Position numbers and translations under genes: made by a program. A stretch of 64,000 nt of DNA, taken from an uncultured Vicinamibacteraceae bacterium. Lineage in GTDB: Bacteria; Acidobacteriota; Vicinamibacteria; Vicinamibacterales; UBA8438. Shown here in pieces: positions 34,339 through 44,664 of the stretch. Within the stretch, counting starts at the first letter, position 1; every line of letters starts with the position of its first letter. Location of the stretch: NCBI GenBank assembly GCA_964550305.1, contig CAZJYU010000003.1:20220-84219 (forward strand). Reading direction: 5' to 3'. The notes below the pieces were generated by a model that saw only the letters and a list, made by a program, of their open reading frames with translations, was not told the origin of the DNA and ran no database searches.

Positions 34339-35331
34339 CTACCACGCATATGCCGTGTCCCCGGTTGCCGCCACCAGGCCGCCGGCGCGATCGAACGCCA
34401 CACCCACCAGATTTGGCGCCGCCAGCACCAGCGTGCGAGTGCCGTTGCCGGCAAGCCGATAGAGGCCGCTGGCGCCGGCGAGCGCCTCGACCACGTGCAG
34501 GGTCCCGTCAGGGGCGAAGGCAAGTCCCTGGGGCCGTCCGAAACCGGACGCCACCTGATCGAGGGCGCCGGTGCGATCGATCCGGTAGACGCCGTCGCAT
34601 GTCGCGAGCGTCGGAGCCGTGACGTACAACCCGTCGTCCGGCCCCCAGGCGAGGTGGAACGCGGCGACGCTGGCCGGCAGCGTGGCGAATGGCGTCGCGC
34701 GACCCGAGGAGGTGACGCGAAAGACGGTTCCGGATCGGTCGCCCACGTACAACGTGCCGTCCGGGCTGAACGCGAGGCCGCAGGCAACGCCCAGCTCGTT
34801 CGCCACCACGTCATACGATCCGTCGTCCGCCACGCGGTAGACGGCGCCATCGAAGCGGCTCGAGACGTGCAGGCGGCCGTCTGGAGCCAGCGCGAGCGAG
34901 GTCGCGTTCGTGATGCCGGTGACAAAGGGTTCACGGTAGCCATCGGACCGGATCCGAAAAACAGAGACCGGCGAGCGTTCCCCGCGGGCGCCGCTGTAGG
35001 TGACGAACAGTGTGCCGTCCGGCGCGATCACCGGGCTGTCCACCTGATGGAGTCCCGTCGCCGCCGCGCGGCCGATCTCAACGAACGCTGCACCCTCCGG
35101 ATCGCCGTGCCCTACGCGGACCGGCGTCCGCCCGCCCTCCAGCCCGGACGGGACGAGCACGGTAAGCGACTGGCGCGACAGGTGGACGGCGCGCGCCGGC
35201 TGATCGCCGAATCGGACCTCGGGAGGCGTCCCTTCCAGTCCGTCCGGGAGCAGGGAATCTCCCTCGATCGCCACCCGCCCCCCGGCAACCGCGCGTGACG
35301 GCCGGAGGGCGTCAATATGTGGCTCGGGCAT
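34339..35331 (-). CDS. IPT/TIG domain + NHL/SMP-30-like beta-propeller protein
   Basis: N-terminal approx 85 aa are Ig-like ([18 protein letters not shown]...[23 protein letters not shown]). These are followed by repeated ...PDG.LYV... blades ([46 protein letters not shown]). No signal peptide seen. Confidence 0.65.
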   Translation of the reverse strand: MPEPHIDALRPSRAVAGGRVAIEGDSLLPDGLEGTPPEVRFGDQPARAVHLSRQSLTVLVPSGLEGGRTPVRVGHGDPEGAAFVEIGRAAATGLHQVDSPVIAPDGTLFVTYSGARGERSPVSVFRIRSDGYREPFVTGITNATSLALAPDGRLHVSSRFDGAVYRVADDGSYDVVANELGVACGLAFSPDGTLYVGDRSGTVFRVTSSGRATPFATLPASVAAFHLAWGPDDGLYVTAPTLATCDGVYRIDRTGALDQVASGFGRPQGLAFAPDGTLHVVEALAGASGLYRLAGNGTRTLVLAAPNLVGVAFDRAGGLVAATGDTAYAW

Positions 35332-35343
35332 GCGTCGCCGCCG

Positions 35344-36798
35344 CTACGGCACCAGTCGGCGGATGACGCCGTCGTGCTTGTTCAGCAGGAAGATCTGCCC
35401 GTTGGGTCCAGTATCGATGCGCACGTCGGCCCGCGTGGCCGCCGTCCGGCCCTGGTTGACGTTCTCCTCCTGAACCAACTGCAGCAGCGTCCTGGTGCTG
35501 GCCCCGTCCCGGAACAGGACACGGCGCATCGCCTGTCCTCCTTCCGGCAGATCGTCAGCCGGGAAGTAAAAGACCTCGCCGCTGGGACCATCTCCGAAGA
35601 GTACGAGGTTCGCGAGCTGCGGCACGGTGTCGTCCCGGTAGACGATGAGGCCGGTGGCCATGGACCGGCGTTGAAGAAGCGGATCGGGATGGCCGTACTC
35701 TACGACCGGGTACGACAGGCCGGCCTCGCCGCGCGGATCGACGAGGCTGACCGCCTCCCGGCTGATGAACCGGAAGCTCCCTTCCCAGTCGTTCCAGCCG
35801 AGATTCCCGCCCCGCGGGACGAGGCTGATCTCCTCGACGATGCTCTGGCCGATGTCGGACATGAACAGATTGCCGTTCCGCTCGTCCCAGGCGAAACGCT
35901 GCGGATTGCGCATGCCGTAGGCATAGATCTCGCCGAGGGTGGCGGGGTCGCCGTCGTTCGCGAACGGATTGTCGTCCGGTATGCCGTACTGGCCGTTCGC
36001 GCTGTTCGTTCCCAACGGGTCGATGCGCAGGATCTTGCCCAGGATGGACCCCAGGTTCTGCGCGAGGTCGAGCGGGTCGCCGCCGCTCCCGCCGTCCGCC
36101 GATCCGATGTAGAGGAGTCCGTAGTCGGGTCCGCCGGGTTCAGCGAGCGGATTGAAGCCGAGCTGTCCGCCGTTGTGGTTGCGAAACGGCTGCTCCATGC
36201 GCAGCAGCTCGCGGGGTGGGCCGCCGTCGTAGACCGCGGCGGAGGGATCCGCGGCCGTCCACTCCAGCAGGATGGTGTCCTGGGCGTCAGAGCCGCCACT
36301 CGGCACGAAGTCCGCCGGCGGCGCCGTGTTGCTCGTGTCGGTGTAGGCGTAGATCTTGCCGTAGCCCGGTGTACCGGGCACTCCGAACTGCGGGTGCAGC
36401 GCGAAGCTCTGGAAGCCCCGCTCCCGGCGGGACGCCTCGATGTCGAGGCCCCAGCGGGCGTCGGTCAGATCGAGATACTCGGTCACCGTCCCGCCGTCGT
36501 AACTGACGGTGTAGACGAGGCCGCGCATGTCGTTCACGAAAAGCCGCCCCGTGCCCGGCTCGTCCACCAGTCGCATCATCCGCGGCGCCTCGCCATCGAC
36601 GAATGGCAGGGAGGCAAACGCGGCGACGCCGACCGTGATGACGCCCTCGTCCGCAGGAATCGGATCCGGAAACGGATCGTTGGTGGTCTGGGCGTCGGCC
36701 CCCCCGGCAGCCAGCAACGCCAGGGCCGCCACGCCGAAACGCACACTCACGTCCAGGGCCGTTCGCAGGCGTACGGCGCTGCCGTTCGAGTGGCCCAC
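35344..36798 (-). CDS. PQQ-dependent sugar dehydrogenase (soluble glucose/sorbosone dehydrogenase family)
   Basis: Signal peptide, then ...FRNHNGGQLGFNP...LLYIGSADGG...GKILRIDP...NPFA...EIYAYGMRNPQRFAWD...DIGQSIVEEI...GGNLGWN..EG are GSDH propeller motifs. Confidence 0.8.
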   Translation of the reverse strand: MGHSNGSAVRLRTALDVSVRFGVAALALLAAGGADAQTTNDPFPDPIPADEGVITVGVAAFASLPFVDGEAPRMMRLVDEPGTGRLFVNDMRGLVYTVSYDGGTVTEYLDLTDARWGLDIEASRRERGFQSFALHPQFGVPGTPGYGKIYAYTDTSNTAPPADFVPSGGSDAQDTILLEWTAADPSAAVYDGGPPRELLRMEQPFRNHNGGQLGFNPLAEPGGPDYGLLYIGSADGGSGGDPLDLAQNLGSILGKILRIDPLGTNSANGQYGIPDDNPFANDGDPATLGEIYAYGMRNPQRFAWDERNGNLFMSDIGQSIVEEISLVPRGGNLGWNDWEGSFRFISREAVSLVDPRGEAGLSYPVVEYGHPDPLLQRRSMATGLIVYRDDTVPQLANLVLFGDGPSGEVFYFPADDLPEGGQAMRRVLFRDGASTRTLLQLVQEENVNQGRTAATRADVRIDTGPNGQIFLLNKHDGVIRRLVP

Positions 36799-36831
36799 GG
36801 CGACACTATACCGAATGCCGGGCGTCCGCCG

Positions 36832-37365
36832 TCAGGTCTCGTCGAGCGCGACGTTCCAGTAAAGGTAGTCGCGCCAACTCTCGGGCGCGTCGCGCAGGCC
36901 GAACGTCAGCCGCACACTGGGCGATCGGGTCGGGCGCTTCGGCGCCCGGATGACGCGCATTCCGGCCTGGGCGGGCGTCCGTCCGCCCTTCCTCCGGTTG
37001 CATCGGATGCAGGACGTAACGATGTTCTCCCAACTCTTGCGGCCTCCCTGGGAGACCGGCACGACATGATCGAACGTCAGATCACCCACCGGGAACTCCC
37101 GGCCGCAGTACTGGCAGGAATGGTCGTCCCTCGCATATATGTTCGCGCGCGAGAACGGCACCTCATCCATCCGGCGTTTGGTCGTGATGTAGCACAGGAG
37201 GCGGATGACGGACGGCAGCCTGAACGTGACCGAGACGGATCGGATCTCCCGGTCGTACTCGGAGACCACCTCCACCTTGCCCTGGCAAAGCATGGTTATG
37301 GCCTTCCGCCAGTCGACAACCTTCAGCGGTTCGTAAGTCGCGTTCAACAACAGCGTCTGTTCCAC
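36832..37365 (-). CDS. HNH endonuclease family protein
   Basis: ...DDHSCQYCGREFPVGDLTFDHVVPVSQGGRKSWENIVTSCIRCNRRKGGR: an HNH motif with CxxC...CxxC zinc ligands. 177 aa. Confidence 0.8.
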   Translation of the reverse strand: MEQTLLLNATYEPLKVVDWRKAITMLCQGKVEVVSEYDREIRSVSVTFRLPSVIRLLCYITTKRRMDEVPFSRANIYARDDHSCQYCGREFPVGDLTFDHVVPVSQGGRKSWENIVTSCIRCNRRKGGRTPAQAGMRVIRAPKRPTRSPSVRLTFGLRDAPESWRDYLYWNVALDET

Positions 37366-37560
37366 TGTCGGCCTCGTTCGTCGCTCCGCCTCGCCCGATG
37401 GTCAACTGCAGCTTTGGACGGGAAGGCAGGTATTTAACCGTCGATTCTGAACGACCTGGCGACGCGGTGTCAACCGCCCCGCCGTGTAACACGTTGTACA
37501 CACACAAGTTAGCAAACGGCTAAGGTCCCCGCCTGTAGGCCGGCGCCGATCCGTCCGATA

Positions 37561-38073
37561 GTGCTGGCGATGCGGAGACACCACCGCGCGGGGGCGATCT
37601 GTCTATTGCTGTTGCTGGGGGCAGCCGGGTGCTCCACGCGCGGCGGGCCGGTCCCCTCTCCCTTTCCGCGGCCTGGCGTCGCCCCCGATCCTGCACCCTC
37701 CATTCCGTCCGCCAGGCTCATCGACACCGCGCTCGCGCTCCAGGGCGCGCCGTACGTCTGGGGTGGCGTTACGCCCAGCGGCTTCGACTGCAGCGGCTTC
37801 ACGCGATACGTCTTCGCGCAGCATGGTGTCCGGCTGCCGCGTACCGCCGCCGAGCAGTACCGCGCGGGGCGTCGGATCGGCCCGGATGATCTCCGGCCGG
37901 GCGACCTGGTCTTCTTCACGACGATCGCGCCGGGTCCGTCGCACGTCGGCCTGGCACTCGGCGATGGGCGCTTCGTCCACGCGCCGAACGAGCAGAGTGC
38001 CGTCCGGATCGACGAACTCGACGCGCGCTACTGGCGGCGCCGCTTCCTCGGCGCCCGGCGGATCGTGAGCTAG
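37561..38073 (+). CDS. NlpC/P60 (C40) family peptidoglycan peptidase lipoprotein
   Basis: Lipobox LLLLLGAAG-C. Catalytic region GAPYVWGGVTPSGFDCSGFTRYVF...GDLVFF...SHVGLALGDGRFVHAP. Start is either 37561 (GTG) or ATG 37570. Confidence 0.85.
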   Translation: MLAMRRHHRAGAICLLLLLGAAGCSTRGGPVPSPFPRPGVAPDPAPSIPSARLIDTALALQGAPYVWGGVTPSGFDCSGFTRYVFAQHGVRLPRTAAEQYRAGRRIGPDDLRPGDLVFFTTIAPGPSHVGLALGDGRFVHAPNEQSAVRIDELDARYWRRRFLGARRIVS

Positions 38074-39557
38074 CCCGGCAGGACCACCTTTACCAGGTCA
38101 CCCGGCAGCGGCTGCTCGTTCGCCGCGTAGCCATTCATGATGGCCAGCGTCCGGGCGGTCACGATCTCCTCGCCCACCCGTTGCGCTATCCCCTGCCACG
38201 TCTCCCCCTCGCGCACCGTGTGGAGCGCGATGCGGTTCGGGCGGATCGCGTCCGCCTCGGCCACCGTCAGCTCCCGAAAGGACCGGAGGCTGCCGTGGAT
38301 CGTCCGTTCCAGCAAGTCGAAGTCGTCCAGGGGCACGAACGCGCCGAACAGGTAGAGCAATCCGCCTGACCGGATCCAGGCTACGCGGGCAAGTGTCGGA
38401 CCGATCCCGCGCACGTTCTGCGTCCAGCTCCCGAGGTACCCCTCGAGGCCGTTGATCTCGGTCATGCCGCCCTGCAATTGCCGGAACCCGGTGCCGGCCA
38501 TCTCGGCGTCGGCGATTTCCGCCAGGTCGCCGCCGGCATCGTCGGCCAACTGCAGCAGCATGTAGCGATCGCGTCCCGGCTCGCGCGCCACCACCGCGTC
38601 GGCGCTGTTCTGCACCTCCCAGCCCGGAGGAAACGTCAGGGCGAAGCGCATCTCGGGATGGAGGAAATCACCGCCGCGAACGATCCCCTGCTCCGGGTTG
38701 TCTCCATAGACCATCCCGTCGACGCGCCGGAGGTAGTCTTCGCGCGCCACCCGCAATGCGGCCGGGTCAGGAGTCTCGGCCAACAGGCGGTCGACCGTGC
38801 TTGCCATTGCCCCGACCCGATCCTGCGGTTCCGGGTGGGTGGCGAGCCAGTTTGGAGTGCCGCTGCGGTCCGTCGTATCGGCGATCCGCGCGAGCGTCGT
38901 GAGCATGCCGCCCACGCCATGAGGATCCCAGCCGGATGCCGCGGCGTACTCGGCGCCAAGGCGATCCGCCTGCAGCTCATCCTCCCGGCCGAACTTCAGG
39001 AACAGCAGGCCCAGACCCTGCGAGGCCGCGTCGGCCACGTTCGGCTGGCCATAGCGGGGCTGCATCCCCGGGACGAAGACCTGCCCCAGAATCAGGCCAA
39101 TCTGGGCGCCTGCGGCCCGGCTGTAGGCCTGCACGGCGTGGCGCGCGGTCACATGGCCGATCTCATGGCCCAACACACCCGCCAGCTCCGCTTCGTCGTT
39201 CAGGTAAGCCATCAGTCCGCGCGTCAGGTAGACATAGCCACCGGGGAGGGCAAACGCGTTCACTACCGGCGAGTCGACGACCGTGAACGTCCAGGGCAGC
39301 TCCGGCCGGTGGGAAACGGCGGCGATTGCATGCGCCACCTCCTCGACGTACGCCTGCAGCGCCGCGTTGTCGTACACCCCCATCTGCGCTCGGATCGTCG
39401 CGTCGGACTGCCTGCCGAGGTCAATTTCCTGCCGCTCGCTCATGAAGACCATCTCGCGGCTGCCGGTGACCGGATTCCTCGCGCAGGCCGACAGGGTCGC
39501 AACGGCGAGCAGTAGCAGCCCAGCATGGCGACCGAGAATCCGTGATCGCAGGGGCAT
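38070..39557 (-). CDS. M48-family zinc metalloprotease lipoprotein with C-terminal LysM domain
   Basis: Lipobox LAVATLSA-C, HEIGH zinc motif (AGVLGHEIGHVTARH), and a C-terminal LysM-like segment (HTVREGETWQGIAQRVGEEIVTARTLAIMNGY...PGDLVKVV). Confidence 0.8.
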   Translation of the reverse strand: MPLRSRILGRHAGLLLLAVATLSACARNPVTGSREMVFMSERQEIDLGRQSDATIRAQMGVYDNAALQAYVEEVAHAIAAVSHRPELPWTFTVVDSPVVNAFALPGGYVYLTRGLMAYLNDEAELAGVLGHEIGHVTARHAVQAYSRAAGAQIGLILGQVFVPGMQPRYGQPNVADAASQGLGLLFLKFGREDELQADRLGAEYAAASGWDPHGVGGMLTTLARIADTTDRSGTPNWLATHPEPQDRVGAMASTVDRLLAETPDPAALRVAREDYLRRVDGMVYGDNPEQGIVRGGDFLHPEMRFALTFPPGWEVQNSADAVVAREPGRDRYMLLQLADDAGGDLAEIADAEMAGTGFRQLQGGMTEINGLEGYLGSWTQNVRGIGPTLARVAWIRSGGLLYLFGAFVPLDDFDLLERTIHGSLRSFRELTVAEADAIRPNRIALHTVREGETWQGIAQRVGEEIVTARTLAIMNGYAANEQPLPGDLVKVVLPG

Positions 39558-39620
39558 GGGGTTCTCCGCCAGCGTAGCACACCCCCCGCAGCCCGCCGCC
39601 GTGGGGATCCTGGACGCCGT

Positions 39621-40508
39621 CTAGGCGGGCATCCGCACCGTCTCGAGCGCCGCGCGGATCTCCGCCACCGCGCCGGGGCCGGCCGGACGGAGCGGCGGGC
39701 GGGGGTCACCCACCCGGAAGCCGAGCAGCGCAACGGCCGCCTTGAGCCCCGGCACGCCGTGTTTCGACGTGACCAGGCGGGCAATCGGTGTCAGCCGCCG
39801 CTGCAATGCGCGCGCGTCGTCCAGCCGGCCGGCGCGGACGGCCTCGTAGACGTCGGTGCAGAGGTCGGGAACCACCGACGCCGCCGCCAGCACGCCGCCG
39901 GCCGCTCCCATCAGGAGCGCGGGGCAGAACACCGGCGCCGATCCCGCCAGGAGCGCGAAGTCACCCGGTGTCGAGTCGATCAGCGCGGAGACGTAGGTCA
40001 GATCGCTCCCCGATTCCTTCATGCCGATGATGTTCGAATGTTCCGCCAGGCCCGCGACGACGTCGACGGCGAGGGTGACCCCCGTCAGGGCCGTGAAGTT
40101 GTAGAGCACGACGGGTACCGGTGACGCGTCCGCCACCGCCGTGTAGTGCGCAACGAATGCATCCGGCGTCAGCAGGGGCTTGAAGTACGACGGTGTCCGG
40201 ACCAGTACGGCGTCGGCTCCCAGCTCCGCCGCCCGCCGTGCCGCAGAGATGGTCGCCAGGGTGGACTCGCGGCCGACGCCGGCAATGCACAGCCGATCGG
40301 ACGGCACCCGCTCGCGCGCCGCGGCAACCGCCGCGTCCGACTCCGATTCGTCGAGGAGCGGCGCTTCGCCGTTCGAACCGAGCACGACGACCCCGCGGAT
40401 GCGCGTCGCCATCCAGCGCGACACGTTCGACGCCATCGCGGCCGGATCGACGCGACCGTCCGCATCGAACGGGGTCGGAACCGGCGGGAGCACACCGTCG
40501 AGGCGCAT
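39621..40508 (-). CDS. dihydrodipicolinate synthase/N-acetylneuraminate lyase family aldolase
   Basis: ...VVVLGSNGEAPLL...GVGRESTLATISAARRAAELGADAVLV.TPSYF...YNFTALTG...IIGMKESG (Schiff-base Lys). Specific substrate not assignable. Confidence 0.8.
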   Translation of the reverse strand: MRLDGVLPPVPTPFDADGRVDPAAMASNVSRWMATRIRGVVVLGSNGEAPLLDESESDAAVAAARERVPSDRLCIAGVGRESTLATISAARRAAELGADAVLVRTPSYFKPLLTPDAFVAHYTAVADASPVPVVLYNFTALTGVTLAVDVVAGLAEHSNIIGMKESGSDLTYVSALIDSTPGDFALLAGSAPVFCPALLMGAAGGVLAAASVVPDLCTDVYEAVRAGRLDDARALQRRLTPIARLVTSKHGVPGLKAAVALLGFRVGDPRPPLRPAGPGAVAEIRAALETVRMPA

Positions 40509-40514
40509 TCGCGG

Positions 40515-42899
40515 TCAGCGCAGCACGTTGAACAGGTGGCTGTACTTGATCGTCAGGGTGCGGCCGGTGCTTTGCAGCGCCTGATCGTAGCGGTCCCTGT
40601 AGAGCATGCTGCCCAGGTAGTTGATGTCGTTGTAGACGATGAAGAGCCCGCTGTTCGCGTCCCGGAGCAGGCCGAAGCGGAGGTTGGACGACCAGATATC
40701 CACGCTGTCGTTGTACTGCACGAGCGTCTGCAGGAACATCCGGGTGGTGAACGAGTACGAAACCCGCAGCCGCGCGAGGTTGGTCGTGAAGTGTCCGCCC
40801 GGCAGCCGCAGGTCGTTGTAGCTCCACTCCAACATCGCGTTGAACGTCTCACCGGCGCGCGCCGTGACGGACGGCGTTACCGTAATCCGGCTCCCGCCGA
40901 ACAGGCCGCCGATGATGCTGTTGACGTTCAGGCTGACCGGCGCGCCCAGGTTCGTGTTGCCGGCGAGCTGCGCCTCGGCATGGTCGTACTTCCCCGGCAG
41001 CACCCAGACCGGGTTGTCCGGGCTGTCGTGGATCAGGAACGGCTGGAAAACCCCCTCCCGCGTGATGTTCATGCCGGTGTTCACCTGGTAGCCGTTGCGC
41101 CATTCGAGGTGCTGGTCGATGTGCGTGAACTGGGACTCGTGCCGGCCCGTATGGAAGTCGAACACCGTGAAGTGATTGACGTGGGGACGCCACTCGTGGA
41201 GCCCCATCAGGTTCTCGGGGCGCAACGTCATGAAGACGCTGCCGTTCATCCGGCGATAGCTCCGGCGCGCCAGGAATCCCACTTCCGGATTGAAGTTCGG
41301 CGCGACTTCCGTGTAACCGAGGCTGAGACGGGCCACTTCCGACTGGTGCTGCGCGCTCAACGCGTAGGCGTGGGTGTTGTCCGTCGGGATGCCGGTGTCG
41401 ATCGGCGAATACGTCTGGGCGAAGAACCCGGTGATGGTGCCGCCCTCGCCGATGCCCCAGCGCCCGTCGAATGCCGCCGTACGGTTGTAGTCCTGCCCCC
41501 TTGCGAACCTTCCGCGCGCCTGGCGGTTGACGAACATCACCCCGACGTTCGAGCGGTTCGCCAGATCCTGCCGGACGCGGGCGACGGTGAAGTTCTGGCT
41601 CGGCGTGCCGATGGTGTCGTCGTCCGGGCTGGCAACCTGGGCGGTTTGCATGTTGAGGAAGCCGACGTTGGTATTGTTCCCCACCTTGCCGGAAAGACGC
41701 CCGCCACCGATGATCGGAATCTGTGCGCGGTCCCGGCCAATGCCGATGCGCCGGCTGAAGAAGACATCGACCGCGCCCGACTGTCCCACCGAGAACAGAC
41801 CCGCGTTCTCCAGGAAGAAGGGACGCTTTTCCGGAAAGAACAGCGTGAACCGGTCGAGGTTGATCTGCTCGTCGTCCACCTCGACCTGCGCGAAGTCGGT
41901 GTTGTACGTCGCGTCGAGTGTCAGGCTCGGAGTGATGCTGTACTTCAGGTCGGCGCCGAAGTCGCCGTTGCGCGAATCGTCACCGCTTGCCGCGCGCTGC
42001 ATGTCGCCGAGGAAGTACGGCACGAGCTGCAGGTTGCGCTGCGCCGGGACGCTGAGCCCCTCCAGCTCGCCGGCGAGCGAGAGGCGGTTCAGGTTGTACT
42101 GGCGCGGCAGCGGCGACCAATAGACCTGCTCGTTCCGGCTGCGGATGTTGCGCTGGAAGTTCATCCCCCAGGTCTGGACTTCTCCCGGCGGATAGCGCAG
42201 CGTCCGGAACGGGATCGCGATCTCCGCGCTCCAGCCGACATCGGTCACGCGGGTCGCGACCTGCCAGACGCCATCCCAGTTCAGGTTGAAGCCACCCCCG
42301 GATCCGCGCTGCTGCCGGCTGTTGCTCGGACGTCCGGAACCGCCGCCGCCGAATCGGCCGCTCCCCTGGCCCTCGTTCGTCACCTGGCCGTCGTACTCGA
42401 CCCCGGCCGCATTGGTCCCGAAGATAAAGCCGTTCAGGCCGTCGTGATAGGTGTCGAGAATGACCTGGAAGCTGTCGGTATCGCGCAGGTCCGAGTCGCG
42501 CCGGCTGTCGGCGGTAATGATGTCGGACGGATCCTCCATGTAGCAGACGACGCCGAAATAGAGCGTGTCGGCCGTGTAGACGATGCGCACCTCCGTCCGT
42601 TCGGAGGCGGGCTGCCCCTCGAAGGGCCGGCTCTGCACAAAGCCGGTCGCGATCCGCGCATCGTCGTAGGCCGGATCGCCCAGAACGTCGCCGTCGACCT
42701 CCGGCCCCGCCTCGGTACGGAACGCCCGCGCGATAGGCATACCCGCCACGGTCGTCTCGCGCGTCTCGATCGCTCCGGACCCGCCGCCGTTCTCGCTCGC
42801 CTGCTGCGCGATCACGGGCGATGGCAGCGGAAGTCCCGACAGCACGATAGCCGCCGCCGCCGCACGCCACCCGCGACCCGCGCACATGATTACGCGCAT
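40515..42899 (-). CDS. CBM9-like domain + DUF5916 outer-membrane beta-barrel protein
   Basis: Start at ATG 42899 (MRVIMCAGRGWRAAAAAIVLSGLPLPSPVIAQ signal). The N-terminal domain ...VRIVYTADTLYFGVVCYMEDP...DSFQVILDTYHDGLNGFIFGTNAAGVEYD, then a long beta-rich region ending ...KYSHLFNVLR, matches what I remember of this family. Only 6 nt from the downstream aldolase gene. Confidence 0.65.
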   Translation of the reverse strand: MRVIMCAGRGWRAAAAAIVLSGLPLPSPVIAQQASENGGGSGAIETRETTVAGMPIARAFRTEAGPEVDGDVLGDPAYDDARIATGFVQSRPFEGQPASERTEVRIVYTADTLYFGVVCYMEDPSDIITADSRRDSDLRDTDSFQVILDTYHDGLNGFIFGTNAAGVEYDGQVTNEGQGSGRFGGGGSGRPSNSRQQRGSGGGFNLNWDGVWQVATRVTDVGWSAEIAIPFRTLRYPPGEVQTWGMNFQRNIRSRNEQVYWSPLPRQYNLNRLSLAGELEGLSVPAQRNLQLVPYFLGDMQRAASGDDSRNGDFGADLKYSITPSLTLDATYNTDFAQVEVDDEQINLDRFTLFFPEKRPFFLENAGLFSVGQSGAVDVFFSRRIGIGRDRAQIPIIGGGRLSGKVGNNTNVGFLNMQTAQVASPDDDTIGTPSQNFTVARVRQDLANRSNVGVMFVNRQARGRFARGQDYNRTAAFDGRWGIGEGGTITGFFAQTYSPIDTGIPTDNTHAYALSAQHQSEVARLSLGYTEVAPNFNPEVGFLARRSYRRMNGSVFMTLRPENLMGLHEWRPHVNHFTVFDFHTGRHESQFTHIDQHLEWRNGYQVNTGMNITREGVFQPFLIHDSPDNPVWVLPGKYDHAEAQLAGNTNLGAPVSLNVNSIIGGLFGGSRITVTPSVTARAGETFNAMLEWSYNDLRLPGGHFTTNLARLRVSYSFTTRMFLQTLVQYNDSVDIWSSNLRFGLLRDANSGLFIVYNDINYLGSMLYRDRYDQALQSTGRTLTIKYSHLFNVLR

Positions 42900-43084
42900 G
42901 ACCCCCCCGAGTTCCAGATCCGCTAATTCTACAGCCAACGCTGCACGGTCGCCCCGCGTTTACTCCAGGCATCGGGCCGTCCCGCGAACCCTTGGTTGCC
43001 GCCGTGAATGCAGGCGCGGACACGAACCGTGAGCCGCTGGCGGCGCGCGTGCCGGCGCTCGAGCGGGCAGAGTAGGATCTCCGC

Positions 43085-44620
43085 GTGGCGCGCGGCCGGT
43101 TCGGCTTTTTCAACAACTGGACGTCGGTCTTTCTCACCGCGGTGGAGCGCGGCGGAAATGCCCTGCCGCATCCGGCGACGCTCTTTGCGATTCTGGCCGG
43201 GGTCGTCATCCTGCTCTCCGCCGTGGCGGTCAGGACCGGTCTCGAGGCGGTCCACCCCGGGACGGGTGAGACGATTACGCCGGTCAGCCTGCTGACGGTC
43301 GCCGGACTGCACCGGATCCTGGTGGAGATGGTGACCAACTTCACCAGCTTCGCGCCGCTTGGCACGGTCCTCGTCTCGATGCTCGGCATCGGCGTCATGG
43401 AGGCGAGCGGATTGATCGCCGCGGTGCTCCGCCTGCTCGTGCTGTCCGCGCCCAAGCGGCTGCTGACATTCGTCATCGTCTTCTCCGGCGTCCTGTCGAA
43501 TACGGCGAGCGAGATCGGTTACGTCCTGCTGGTGCCGCTCGGAGGGATCATCTTCCTCGGCGCGGGACGGCATCCGATCGCCGGACTCGCCGCCGCATTC
43601 GCCGGCGTATCGGGCGGTTACAGCGCCAATCTGCTCCTCGGCACGATCGACCCCCTGCTCGCCGGGCTGTCCGAGGAGGCAGCCCAGATCGTCGAGCCCG
43701 GCTATGTCGTCAACCCCGCGGCCAACTACTTCTTCATGGTGATCTCGACGTTCGTCGTCTCCGCCGCGGGAACCTGGGTGACCGAGGCGATCGTCGTCCC
43801 GCGCCTCGGACCGTACACCGGGACCGAGCGGTCGGCGGCAATCGATCGGTTGTCGGACGACGAGAAGCGGGGCCTCCGCTACGCCGCCCTGGCGATGGCC
43901 GTGTTCGGCGCGATCCTTCTCTGGGGAACCTGGCCGGCCAACGGCTTCCTGCGGAATCCCGAAACGGGCAGCCTGCTCCGCTCGCCGTTTCTGTCAGGCA
44001 TCGTCGCGTTTATCTTTCTCGGCGGCACCTGGGTAGGGATCGCGTACGGCGTCGGCGCCCGCAAGTTCAGGAACGACACCGACGTAATGAACGGCATGGG
44101 GAAGACCATCGGCACCCTGGGCACGTACCTGGTGCTCGTCTTCTTCGCCGCGCAGTTCGTCGCCTACTTCAACTGGACGAACCTCGGGCTGATCGTGGCG
44201 GTGAAGGGAGCGGAAACGCTTCGCGCGTCCGGTCTGGGCGGTATCCCCCTGATGCTCGCCTTCGTCCTGCTGTCGTCGGGGCTCAACCTGGTCATGGGGA
44301 GCGCGTCGGCGAAGTGGGCGGTAATGGCCCCCGTCTTCGTGCCGATGTTCATGCTCCTCGGCTATTCGCCCGAGCTGACCCAGACCGCCTACCGGATCGG
44401 CGACAGCACGTCGAACGTGATCGCGCCGATGATGTCCTACTTTGCGTTGATCGTCGCCTTCTTCGAACGCTACGACAAGACGTCGGGCATTGGCACCGTC
44501 GTGGCGACAATGCTGCCCTATACCGTGGTCTTCCTCGCCTGTTGGTCGATAATGCTGGTGGTCTGGATGCTGCTGGGCCTGCCGGTGGGCCCGGGGGCGG
44601 GCTTGTATCTGCCGCAGTAG
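43085..44620 (+). CDS. AbgT family transporter (p-aminobenzoyl-glutamate/antimetabolite exporter family)
   Basis: ...[34 protein letters not shown]...[25 protein letters not shown]...[11 protein letters not shown]... is the typical AbgT signature. GTG start. Confidence 0.85.
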   Translation: MARGRFGFFNNWTSVFLTAVERGGNALPHPATLFAILAGVVILLSAVAVRTGLEAVHPGTGETITPVSLLTVAGLHRILVEMVTNFTSFAPLGTVLVSMLGIGVMEASGLIAAVLRLLVLSAPKRLLTFVIVFSGVLSNTASEIGYVLLVPLGGIIFLGAGRHPIAGLAAAFAGVSGGYSANLLLGTIDPLLAGLSEEAAQIVEPGYVVNPAANYFFMVISTFVVSAAGTWVTEAIVVPRLGPYTGTERSAAIDRLSDDEKRGLRYAALAMAVFGAILLWGTWPANGFLRNPETGSLLRSPFLSGIVAFIFLGGTWVGIAYGVGARKFRNDTDVMNGMGKTIGTLGTYLVLVFFAAQFVAYFNWTNLGLIVAVKGAETLRASGLGGIPLMLAFVLLSSGLNLVMGSASAKWAVMAPVFVPMFMLLGYSPELTQTAYRIGDSTSNVIAPMMSYFALIVAFFERYDKTSGIGTVVATMLPYTVVFLACWSIMLVVWMLLGLPVGPGAGLYLPQ

Positions 44621-44664
44621 TCTGTTGGCGGCCGGCCGCGGCGGCGCCGCGGGAACCACCAGGA

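Noticed and set aside
35317-37437. 706-aa plus-strand ORF
   Set aside because: It is antisense to the PQQ-dependent dehydrogenase and HNH endonuclease genes, both of which have clear family motifs on the minus strand.
40146-42926. 926-aa plus-strand ORF
   Set aside because: It is antisense to the CBM9/DUF5916 outer-membrane protein gene and the aldolase gene. Arg/Val/Asp-rich composition, no domain-like motifs.
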